The position numbers and the translations under genes are program-made. Shown here one piece after another: positions 27,818-36,347 of a DNA stretch of 64,000 nucleotides (positions within the stretch are counted from its first letter, which is position 1; the number at the start of each line of letters is the position of its first letter). A model generated the notes under the pieces. That model was not told where the DNA came from. It saw only the letters and a list, made by a program, of their open reading frames with translations, and searched no databases. The DNA comes from Planctomycetota bacterium. Lineage in GTDB: Bacteria; Planctomycetota; B15-G4. The DNA lies in contig CBDFJQ010000002.1 in assembly GCA_965248575.1 (NCBI GenBank), positions 3,168,001-3,232,000 of the forward strand, read 5' to 3'.

Positions 27818-28096
27818 CTGCGGCGTCCTGGGGGTGGTGGGGGCGTGACGGTGGTTGGCGCTCCAGGCAAAGCGAGGGGGTGCGGCCCCCGGGACGTCGG
27901 CGGTCGCGAGGTGAACAGCTTGCTGATGGGATGGTCTGTGACGGCCCCGTCGGGCATCGGGCATAGGGCGTTTCGGCTGGCGCTGGCGGCCCACGGCGCC
28001 TTGCGGGGGCCGGGGAATGCACCTACATTCGCCCCTCCTCGACGGTCGGGGTGAGGAAGCTGTCTTCAGCTTGTGTGCCATGAGAGGTCCTTGACG

Positions 28097-31000
28097 ATGC
28101 CCCGACTGCTCCACGTCGCGTTCGCAGTCCTGTTGTTCACCGTGAGCGCTGCTGCACAGTCCATCGACCGTGTCTCTTCGGACGAAGGCACCATCGGCGA
28201 CGTCATCACGATTGATGGCTCTGGCTTCGGGACCAAGAAGCCCAAGGTCGAACTGATCGATCTCGAGTTGGACAAGAAGGCCAAGGGGACAACGCTCAAG
28301 GTCACTGCGAACACCGACTCCTCGCTGACCGTCGAGATCAAGAAGGCCAAGGCCGGCACCTACGGTCTCGTCGTACAGCCGAAGGGCAAAGGCATCGAGC
28401 CCATCGTCTCGGCCGGCGACTTCACCATCCGCGCGCCGATGGTCCAATCGACCAAAGGCGTCGGTGGCATGCCCGGCGACGAGGTCCAGATCACCGTCGA
28501 CTTCCTGGGCAACAAGCAGCCCAAGGTGAAGGTGGGCGGCAAGAAGTCACCCGTCAGGGGCGTCGCCCTGGCCACCGAGGGCAACGGCAACACTTCACTC
28601 GTCACCATCAAGATCCCCAAGTCGCTGCCCAACGGCACGTGGCCGGTGGAGCTGACGACGCCCGTGGGCCAGGGATTTGCGCACTCGATCGTGACGGTCA
28701 CGGGGAGCACCAAGAAGATCGGCAAGGCGTCCCTGAAGATCACGGTCGACAGCAAGAAATTCAAGGTGAGCAAGAAGAAGCTCGTCGTGGGCTCCTCGGA
28801 CTTCGGCGTGGAGTTCGTCGCCACCAAGCCCGAGAAGGGAGGTGAGCGGGTCCTCACTGTGCTGATCCCCTACATCCCCGGCACCGACATGATCCCGGTC
28901 GCGATCGAGGGCGTGCCCTCCGGCTCAGGGCTGATGAGCTACGAGGAGTCCGGAGTCGGCGGCGGTGGGACGACGACCTTTGGCCTTGGGACCATGTCCG
29001 CACACCTGTACGCGTCCGGCGACAGCAAGCTCGTCGGCGCGTTCTCGGGCGTGCTGACGGCGGCTGGTGCGGAGGAAGCTGGGGGCGCCCCGGTCTTCGT
29101 CGACGGGACCTTCACGGTGGATGTCACCACCGAGGTGGGGATGCCGCCGGCCGCGATGTTCACCACGGTGCAAGGGCTCGTCGTCGACACCGACTTGATG
29201 CCAGTCGCTGGGGCTGATGTCAGCACCTCGGCCGGTGAGGAAACGGTGACCGACGGCGACGGGACCTTCCGCTTCAACGATCACCCCTTGCTCCCCGAGC
29301 CGCTGGAAATCACCGCCTCGATGGGACAGCTCCTCGGCGTTGCCATCGTCGCAGACATCAATGCGGGTGGTGTCACCGATGCAGGCATCATCGTGCTGGA
29401 TCTCGACACGGATGGTGATCAGCTCCCGGACTGGTACGAGCTGTTTGTGACCTTTACCGATCCGTTGCTCGCCGACACCGATGGTGACGGCTTCGACGAT
29501 GGGGAGGAGGTCAAGCTGGGCTCGGATCCGCTGGTCTTCGATCCGCCCACCACCATCATGGGGCAGGTCGAGCTGCCCGGGCGGGTTCCGGCCGACGGAG
29601 CCTCGCTGAGCATCGTGGGCGTACCCACTGACCTGTTCTCCGCCACAGCGGATGGCGCCGGGATGTTCACCTTCGCGTCACCCTGGCCGGCAAACCTCAG
29701 CCCGGTGACAGTGACCGCAAAGCTCGTCGACATGAGCGGAGTGTTCGAGGGCGAGTCGCTCGCCACCCCGACCGTTCCGGATGGCGTGACCATCATCGCC
29801 GCCTTCACGATCGAGAGCTCCGGCTCCGGAGGCGGAACCGGGCTGTTCGAGGCGGCGACCTACTACGCAGGCGACGTTCCGAGGCAGTTCGAGATCGCGG
29901 ACCTGGACGAGGATGGCCATGCGGACCTCGTGGTCGTCGCAACTGGGGAGCCCTTCGATGACAGGCAGGTCTGGGTGCTGCTCGGGGACGGTGAAGGAGG
30001 GTTCGGTGTCGGCCAGAGCTTCAGCACCATGGTCGACCAGTTTGACTCCGTCGGCCCGCGCGGGCTGGTCGTGGCCGACTTCGACCAGGACGAGAACCTC
30101 GATGTCGCCGTGACGGACATCTTCGACGACAAGGTGTCGGTCCTGTTCGGCGCTGGTGACGGCACCTTCGGCCTGCCCCAGGACTACCCGACCGGCGACG
30201 AGGGGTGGGATGTGACGGCCGCCGACTTCGACCAGGACACGTTCCTCGATCTGGCCGTGGTGAACAGGACCGACTCCAGCATCTCCGTGCTGCTCAACCA
30301 GGGCGATGGAACATTCGGAACCGCCCAGACCTACGCGACAGGCGACCTGCCCGAATCGATCGAAGTGGGCTTGTTCGACGGCAACCTGTTCCCTGACCTG
30401 GTGGTGGCCAACAGCGGCGCCGGAAGCGTCTCCGTGCTGCTGGGTATCGGCAACGGCACCTTCGGTGCCGCGAGCGATTTCGGAGTGGCCGACGAGCCTC
30501 GCGATCTCGAAATCGCCGACCTCGATGATGACGGGAAGCTCGATGTGGCCGTCGTTGGCCAGGCGGATGACGAGGTCAGCGTCCTGCTCGGGAACGGCGC
30601 CGGCAGCTTCTCAGCGTCCATGGAGTTCGCGACCGGGACGGGCTTCTCGAATCAGCCGGTGGGCCTCTCGATCGCCGATGTCGATCAGGATTCGACGCTC
30701 GATCTGCTCATCGCCAACAACTTGACCAGCCAGGTCAGCGTGCTCATTGGCGCCGGTGACGGCAGTTTTGGCGCACCGCAGGAGTTCACGGCGGGCAAAC
30801 TCGCCATGGCCGTCGGCGTGGCTGACTTCGATGAAGACGGCGCGCTGGATCTGGCGGTCCCCAACCAGACCGCGGACGCTGTCACGATCCTGTTCGGCGC
30901 GGGCGACGGGAGCTTTGGCGCCCCGAAGAGCTTTGACGCGGACTTCATCGCCACCTCGGTCGCCATCGCGGACATCGACGAGGACAACATCCCCGACGCC

Positions 31001-31960
31001 ATCGTCACGAAGAACACGACCGACCTGGTCTCGGTGCTGCTCGGTGATGGCTCCGGGAACTTCGGCGTCGCGCAGGATTTCGCTGCGGGCCAAGACCTGT
31101 CGGATGTCGCCGTGGCCGACCTCGACGGAGACGATCATCTGGACCTCGCCGTCGCGAACTTCGCATCCGACGATGTCTCAGTGTTGCTCGGCGCTGGTGA
31201 CGGCACCTTCGCCGCCGCCCAGCAATTCGTCGCCGGCAATGGTCCGCGAGCTCTCGCAGTCGGCCTCCTCGATGGGGATTCGCTGCCCGACATCGTGACC
31301 GCGAACTTCAACGCCGACCGCGTGTCGGTGCTGCTCGGGACAGGAGGCGGCGGATTCGCCGCGCCCCAGGACTACCTCGTCGGCGACGGGCCGTTTGACG
31401 TCGCGATCGGTGACTTCGACAAGGACGGCAGCGCCGACCTCGCCGTCACCGCCCAGAATGACGACAGCGTCTCGATCCTCTTCGGCGTAGGCGATGGCAG
31501 CTTTGGCTCCCTGCTCGCACTTCCCGTTGGAGACACGCCCTACGGGGTCGCCGTGACGGACATCAGCCAAGACGGCTCCATCGATGTCGTCGTCACCAAC
31601 GAGCAGTCTGATGATCTCTCGGTGATCCTCGGCAACGGTGACGGCAGCTTCCTCATGGCACAGACCCTGCCAGCGTATCCGGCATCCAACGACACCTTTC
31701 CGGGGATCTTCCCCCGTTCTGTCGCCATCGGCGACGTGAACGGCGATGGCTTGCCGGACCTGGTGACCGCCAACTACCTCAACCAGACCTTCGGGGTCTT
31801 CCTCGGCCTGGGGGGAGGGAACTTCGCGGCCATTCAGACCTTCATCACCGGCAGTGGAGTCACTGGTCTCGCCCTGGCCGACCTCAACCTCGATGGCTTC
31901 CTCGACGTGGCCACCGGCAGCGAGATCATTGCGCTCTGGATCAGCCTCAACAAGCTCTGA
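28097..31960 (+). CDS. Large secreted protein: IPT/TIG-like domains, TSP3-like Ca-binding repeat and many FG-GAP/VCBS repeats
   Basis: Signal peptide; GDVITIDGSGFG; DTDGDQLPD..DPLLADTDGDGFDDGEE; more than 10 repeats of the form ADxDxDGxLDLAV..N...VSVLLGxGDGTF. Confidence 0.85.
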   Translation: MPRLLHVAFAVLLFTVSAAAQSIDRVSSDEGTIGDVITIDGSGFGTKKPKVELIDLELDKKAKGTTLKVTANTDSSLTVEIKKAKAGTYGLVVQPKGKGIEPIVSAGDFTIRAPMVQSTKGVGGMPGDEVQITVDFLGNKQPKVKVGGKKSPVRGVALATEGNGNTSLVTIKIPKSLPNGTWPVELTTPVGQGFAHSIVTVTGSTKKIGKASLKITVDSKKFKVSKKKLVVGSSDFGVEFVATKPEKGGERVLTVLIPYIPGTDMIPVAIEGVPSGSGLMSYEESGVGGGGTTTFGLGTMSAHLYASGDSKLVGAFSGVLTAAGAEEAGGAPVFVDGTFTVDVTTEVGMPPAAMFTTVQGLVVDTDLMPVAGADVSTSAGEETVTDGDGTFRFNDHPLLPEPLEITASMGQLLGVAIVADINAGGVTDAGIIVLDLDTDGDQLPDWYELFVTFTDPLLADTDGDGFDDGEEVKLGSDPLVFDPPTTIMGQVELPGRVPADGASLSIVGVPTDLFSATADGAGMFTFASPWPANLSPVTVTAKLVDMSGVFEGESLATPTVPDGVTIIAAFTIESSGSGGGTGLFEAATYYAGDVPRQFEIADLDEDGHADLVVVATGEPFDDRQVWVLLGDGEGGFGVGQSFSTMVDQFDSVGPRGLVVADFDQDENLDVAVTDIFDDKVSVLFGAGDGTFGLPQDYPTGDEGWDVTAADFDQDTFLDLAVVNRTDSSISVLLNQGDGTFGTAQTYATGDLPESIEVGLFDGNLFPDLVVANSGAGSVSVLLGIGNGTFGAASDFGVADEPRDLEIADLDDDGKLDVAVVGQADDEVSVLLGNGAGSFSASMEFATGTGFSNQPVGLSIADVDQDSTLDLLIANNLTSQVSVLIGAGDGSFGAPQEFTAGKLAMAVGVADFDEDGALDLAVPNQTADAVTILFGAGDGSFGAPKSFDADFIATSVAIADIDEDNIPDAIVTKNTTDLVSVLLGDGSGNFGVAQDFAAGQDLSDVAVADLDGDDHLDLAVANFASDDVSVLLGAGDGTFAAAQQFVAGNGPRALAVGLLDGDSLPDIVTANFNADRVSVLLGTGGGGFAAPQDYLVGDGPFDVAIGDFDKDGSADLAVTAQNDDSVSILFGVGDGSFGSLLALPVGDTPYGVAVTDISQDGSIDVVVTNEQSDDLSVILGNGDGSFLMAQTLPAYPASNDTFPGIFPRSVAIGDVNGDGLPDLVTANYLNQTFGVFLGLGGGNFAAIQTFITGSGVTGLALADLNLDGFLDVATGSEIIALWISLNKL

Positions 31961-32204
31961 ACAAACACGCTGGGGTACGCCCCAAACGGTTCGGGTCAGA
32001 CGTACTCGACTTCCCGGCGCTCAAATCGGGACGGCACTGTGTCAAGGGATGCTGGGTGAGACGGCAACCCATGGCGAGCTGAACTGGATCTGCGCATGTG
32101 GCGTTTAGGGCAACCTGTCCGCAACACCGCCAAGCCGCAGGCCCGCCAAGTCACAGCGCCGCGGGAAGGCCCGCGACACACCTGAACTCGCATCTCGTCC
32201 TCCC

Positions 32205-32543
32205 CTACACCAACCCGCTGTTCTTGCTGTTCGCTGAGGGCCGGGGGATGAACACGAGGCAGAGGATGCATAGCAACAGCACCGCACCATCGATGATGAA
32301 GAAGGCGGTGGGGACGCGCCGGGGGCGTGTTGCTGGGGTCACTCCTTGCTGAGGTGCTGCCGGGTGCGAGGGAGCGACCTCAGGGTCGGGGCTTGAGACG
32401 GCGGCGACGGTCTGGGTGTTCGCTTGTGCGAGCTGGAGCGGTGAACCGTCCTCCAACTCCTGCTGTTGTTGCCAGCCCACGACGCCAACGAATGCGCTCA
32501 CCACCAGGGCCGCCCAGAGCAAGACGTTGAAGATTCGAAGCAT
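32205..32543 (-). CDS. Small hypothetical membrane protein (2 TM)
   Basis: Two hydrophobic segments flanking a Gln/Pro-rich linker. Confidence 0.5.
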   Translation of the reverse strand: MLRIFNVLLWAALVVSAFVGVVGWQQQQELEDGSPLQLAQANTQTVAAVSSPDPEVAPSHPAAPQQGVTPATRPRRVPTAFFIIDGAVLLLCILCLVFIPRPSANSKNSGLV

Positions 32544-32649
32544 GACAGCTCGCCTTCCGAGGTTTCTCTCCTCGGCAGGTGGAGGCACCCAGGTGTAGGG
32601 CGCTTGTCCAACGCTTCAGTTTCGTGCTGCTCCCGGTAGACTTCGCGCC

Positions 32650-34095
32650 ATGCCCGATGCTCCTTCAAACGTCTCGGCGGTGCTGCGTGAGCGCTTCGGC
32701 CACGACAGCCTCTTTCCGCTCCAGGCCAGGGTCGTGGAGCGTTTGATGGCGGGTGGGGACGCCCTGGTGGTCATGCCCACGGGTTCGGGCAAGAGCCTGT
32801 GTTTTCAGCTGCCGGCCCTGGCCCAGGAAGGCCCCGGTACCACCCTGGTCTTCAGCCCGCTCATCGCGCTCATGGAGGACCAGGTGGCCTCGCTGCGCAA
32901 GAAGGGCGTCGAGGCCCAATACATCAACAGCACCCTGGATCGCTCGCAACGTGAACGGCGCTACGCACGCCTTGCCGAGGGTGCCTATGAGCTCATCTAC
33001 GCCACGCCTGAGCGCATGGACAAGCCGGAGTTCCTGGCTGCGCTGGACGCCATGCCTGGCGGCGTCCGCCTGCTGGCCATCGACGAGGCGCACTGCATCA
33101 CGAAGTGGGGGCACGACTTCCGTCCGGCCTATCAACGGGTGGGCGAGTTCCGGGAGCGGCTGGGCTGCCCTCCCACCATCGCCCTGACCGCCACGGCCAC
33201 GCCGGAGGTGAGGGCTGACATCCGGCGCACGCTCTCGCTGGGTGAAGACGCGATGCCACTCTTCGCGTGCGGCATCGACCGGCCGAACCTGACCCTCGAG
33301 GTGCGCGACTGCTGGGACGACGACGAGAAACTGCAACAGATCCGCGACGTGGCCAGCGCCTTCCCCGGCACCGGCATCGTGTACTTCTCGCTCATCAAGC
33401 AGCTGGACCACTTCGCCTCGCGCCTGCGCGAACTCGACCTCCCCGTGCAGCTGGCCATCTACAACGGCAAGCTCAACCCGCGCGAAAAAAAGCGTGTCTA
33501 CGACCGCTTCATCGATGCCAAGCCCGACGAACGGCTGCTGCTGCTGGCGACCAACGCCTTCGGCATGGGCGTGGACAAATCCGACATCCGCTTCATCGTG
33601 CACGCCCAGCTCCCGGGCTCGGTGGAGGCCTACTACCAGGAGGTGGGGCGGGCAGGTCGCGATGGCCAGCCCTCGCTGTGCGCGCTGCTCTACTGCCAGG
33701 ACGATCTGGCGATCCAGCAGCAGTTCATCGAGTGGCTCAACCCCGCGAAGTCACTCTACGAGGAGGCCTCGCGTGCCCTGGAAGCCTGGCCTCACGGCGA
33801 GTTCAGCGCCGACGACCTGCGCCCTCTGATCATCCACCGGGATCGCGGGGATCGCCGCGCAGAGGCGGCCCTCACCACCTTCACGAGCCTCGGCATCGTC
33901 GAGCGCACCACCAGCCTCGACCACTACCGCTTCCTGCGCCCGCTGCAGCCAGGGGAGATCCAGGAGCAGGACCTCGACGCCAAGCGGGAGCGGGACCTGC
34001 ACCGGCTCCTGGACGTGGTCAAGCTGGCCAAGTCCGAAGACCTTCGCGAAGACATCAAGGCCTACTTCCAGCTCGACGACGGTCAGACCGACTGA
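32650..34095 (+). CDS. recQ: RecQ-family ATP-dependent DNA helicase (short, no HRDC)
   Basis: MPTGSGKSLCFQLPAL, IDEAHCITKWGHDFRP, ATNAFGMGVDK, YYQEVGRAGRDG. Confidence 0.93.
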   Translation: MPDAPSNVSAVLRERFGHDSLFPLQARVVERLMAGGDALVVMPTGSGKSLCFQLPALAQEGPGTTLVFSPLIALMEDQVASLRKKGVEAQYINSTLDRSQRERRYARLAEGAYELIYATPERMDKPEFLAALDAMPGGVRLLAIDEAHCITKWGHDFRPAYQRVGEFRERLGCPPTIALTATATPEVRADIRRTLSLGEDAMPLFACGIDRPNLTLEVRDCWDDDEKLQQIRDVASAFPGTGIVYFSLIKQLDHFASRLRELDLPVQLAIYNGKLNPREKKRVYDRFIDAKPDERLLLLATNAFGMGVDKSDIRFIVHAQLPGSVEAYYQEVGRAGRDGQPSLCALLYCQDDLAIQQQFIEWLNPAKSLYEEASRALEAWPHGEFSADDLRPLIIHRDRGDRRAEAALTTFTSLGIVERTTSLDHYRFLRPLQPGEIQEQDLDAKRERDLHRLLDVVKLAKSEDLREDIKAYFQLDDGQTD

Positions 34096-34104
34096 GAGGC
34101 CAGC

Positions 34105-34143
34105 AACGAAAACACCCCACCGACCGGAGGCCGATGGGGTGTT
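34105..34143 (-). terminator. Rho-independent terminator of the DUF1579 gene (possibly bidirectional)
   Basis: Minus strand AACACCCCATCGGCC-TCC-GGTCGGTGGGGTGTT followed by TTCGTT, between convergent genes. Confidence 0.75.
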
Positions 34144-34157
34144 CAGGACCGAGGCGA

Positions 34158-34748
34158 TCAGCGCGTGTACTCGATCTCCATCACCTGCATCTCCGAGCCA
34201 TCCGGCGCGGTGTCGAACATGGTGAAGATCACGGTGCCGTCCTTGTGTTCGATCAAGGAACGGGTGGGGCGACCGTCAGGCGTCTGGGCGTCGTGCATGC
34301 TGCCGTGCGTCTCGATCACGTTTTCGGAGATCTTCACGCCGCGCGACAGCGTGTAGCCGGTGCTCATGCTGTCGATCCAGATGGTCCAGTACTCCTGGGC
34401 CAGGTTGTCGTAGCCCTGGATGAGCATGCCTTCGAAGGGCTGCCCCATGAAGTCGCAGCGGTAGTTCTCGATCAAGTAGCGGCCACCCATCGCAGTGCGG
34501 ATGGTCGAGGTGCCGGGGATCGTCATGGGCGGGGCATCGGGCTCCATCTGCATCTTCATGGAGGCGTTCCAGGCGCCGACCTGGTTAGCGAAGTCGGCGT
34601 GGGCGGGGCCGGGGGTGCCAAACGTCATGGCCGCCTCCATGGCCGCCATGGGATCCATGCCTTCGTAGGTCATGGTCTTGTCGGAGGTGGCGCAAGCCGA
34701 AGCGACGACGAGCAGGCTTCCAAACAGCACGGTCTTCAAGGTCATCAT
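34158..34748 (-). CDS. DUF1579 family lipoprotein
   Basis: TPGPAH..VGAW, GGRYL, MGQPFEG..GYDN..YWTIWIDSMST, MEIEYTR; lipobox VVASAC. Confidence 0.82.
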   Translation of the reverse strand: MMTLKTVLFGSLLVVASACATSDKTMTYEGMDPMAAMEAAMTFGTPGPAHADFANQVGAWNASMKMQMEPDAPPMTIPGTSTIRTAMGGRYLIENYRCDFMGQPFEGMLIQGYDNLAQEYWTIWIDSMSTGYTLSRGVKISENVIETHGSMHDAQTPDGRPTRSLIEHKDGTVIFTMFDTAPDGSEMQVMEIEYTR

Positions 34749-34930
34749 CTGAGGAACTCAATGAGGGTGTGGGTGGGCCAAACCGCGGGCTCCTGAACAG
34801 GCATCGCGGGGCGCAATCAGGCGGGGCATCCTAGCGATTGAGGCCGGGAGGCCGCGAGCGGGGCAGGATGCTGCCAGGGCACCCATTCACTGATGCAGAG
34901 GCAATCCACCCTGCCCCGGCACGGCAGCCG

Positions 34931-35383
34931 TCAGGCGGCGATCCGGCTCTGGAGGAAGGCCTCCAGGCCCTGGGGGTCATCGGTCCCCACCGTGAGCGTC
35001 CCGCCGCTCGCCAGCTTGATGTCTACGCATCCGCGGCCTTTGATGTTCCAGGTCCAGCCCTTGAAGGGCAGCCAGTGGATGCCCCAACCCTGGATCAGGG
35101 ATGTGCGGCCAGCGGTCGCCGAGAGCATGTTCCCGTAAGGCACCTTCTTGCGCGCCAGGGGCAGGGGCCCGAAGGCGATGGAGAGGTTCTCACCTTTGTC
35201 CCGGACCCTGAGCCGCTGGAAAGAAAAGGCAAGCAGCTCAAAAATGCCCGCCATGACCCAGGGCAGCGCCTCCAGGCCCGTCTCCAGGACGAGGCCCACC
35301 GCCATCATCGGCAGGACCAGGAAATGCAGAAACCAGTGCAGGGATCCACGCTGCACGTGGTCGTAGGCAGAAGCAGTGGCCAT
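34931..35383 (-). CDS. Hypothetical membrane protein (2 TM plus PH-like domain)
   Basis: Two TM helices, then GWGIHW..GWTWNI..VGTDDPQGL. Confidence 0.65.
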   Translation of the reverse strand: MATASAYDHVQRGSLHWFLHFLVLPMMAVGLVLETGLEALPWVMAGIFELLAFSFQRLRVRDKGENLSIAFGPLPLARKKVPYGNMLSATAGRTSLIQGWGIHWLPFKGWTWNIKGRGCVDIKLASGGTLTVGTDDPQGLEAFLQSRIAA

Positions 35384-35528
35384 GGGCTCTCCAGCAACGG
35401 GCGCGTCGTCCTTTGGCGCCGTTGTTGGGAGCCGGGCCAGCGAATTGCAGTCGCAAATCGCCGGCCCGGCCCATCAGCCGCTCTGGAGGGCGCTCAGCCC
35501 CCGCAACGGCGGACCCACAAGCGCGCTC

Positions 35529-36143
35529 TCAGTCGTTGAGCGCCTCGTGAACCCGACCCACCATCTTGGCGGAGGGCTTGAGGGTGGCGTCACCCTCGTC
35601 CTTCCACTTGGAGGGACATCCTTCGTCGGTCTTCTTGGCGAGATACAGGTTCGCCTTGAACAGGCGCATGATCTCGTCGATGTTCCGACCGTTGTTCAGG
35701 AAGTTGACGGAGCTGTTCATGAGCTGCCCTGCGGGGCTGATGATGAACGTGCCGCGCAGCGGGAGACCCGCCTCTTCCAGGTAGACACCGAACATGCGCG
35801 CCAGTGAACCGGTCGTATCCGCACCCATGGGGTACTTCACGTCGGCCAACTGCTTCTCTTCGCGCTGCCAAGCCAGGTGAGTGAACTGCGTGTCGCAGCT
35901 CACGGTGACCAACTCAGCACCCAGCTTCACAAACCGATTGTACTGCTCTGACAGAGCAGCGAATTCGGTAGCTCATACGAAGGTAAAGTCGGCGGGGTAG
36001 AAGAACAGGATGCTCCACTTCCCTGCCTTGGTGTTCTCAGAGAGGCTGAACTCCCCGAAGTCTCCCGTGGAGGCATCGAAGGTGGTCAGCTTGAAATCGG
36101 GCACCGTTTGCCCGACCTGTATGCCTGCATTCATCTCAGTCAT
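35529..36143 (-). CDS. ahpC: Selenocysteine-containing 2-Cys-type peroxiredoxin (AhpC/Prx1), 204 aa, TGA at 35973-35975 read as Sec
   Basis: ORFs 35973..36233 and 35529..35930 are in the same frame; read-through gives FFYPADFTFV-U-ATEFAALSEQY..LRGTFII..GRNIDE..EGCPSKW; U sits at the peroxidatic Cys position of FTFVCPTE. Confidence 0.9.
35942..35960 (-). promoter_or_regulatory. Candidate bacterial SECIS element
   Basis: Minus strand GCTGCTCT-GTC-AGAGCAGT: 8-bp stem starting 13 nt after the in-frame TGA, with G-U in the apical loop. Confidence 0.75.
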
Positions 36144-36347
36144 GAGAGTTCCTTGAGAAAGCTCGGCGAGCAGGGCTCGCCACAACAAGTTGAGGTGGCC
36201 GATCTGCTGGCGATGAGTCGCCGGGAACGGCACGTGTTCCGCGCAACACCTCTCTCGAGGCCCTTGCGGGAACCGGGGAGGTTATCAATTCCGTCGGGAG
36301 CCCTCCCGGTGGCACCTCTTCGGACCCGGCGGTAGAGTTCGGAGCCC

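Noticed and set aside
27818..28096. G-rich intergenic region as a possible ncRNA or G-quadruplex
   Set aside because: No convincing long helices or regular G-tract pattern beyond what GC content predicts.
29850..31950. Repetitive DNA resembling a CRISPR or tandem array
   Set aside because: The repeats are degenerate, in-frame FG-GAP protein repeats; there is no repeat-spacer structure and no cas gene in the window.
31961..32204. Convergent intergenic gap as a possible RNA gene
   Set aside because: Only short stems are visible, with no tRNA or other recognisable RNA signature.
35529..36233. Two separate small ORFs, or a peroxiredoxin pseudogene
   Set aside because: The single in-frame TGA falls exactly on the catalytic Cys codon and is followed by a SECIS-like hairpin, and both halves are intact. 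Sec recoding explains this better.
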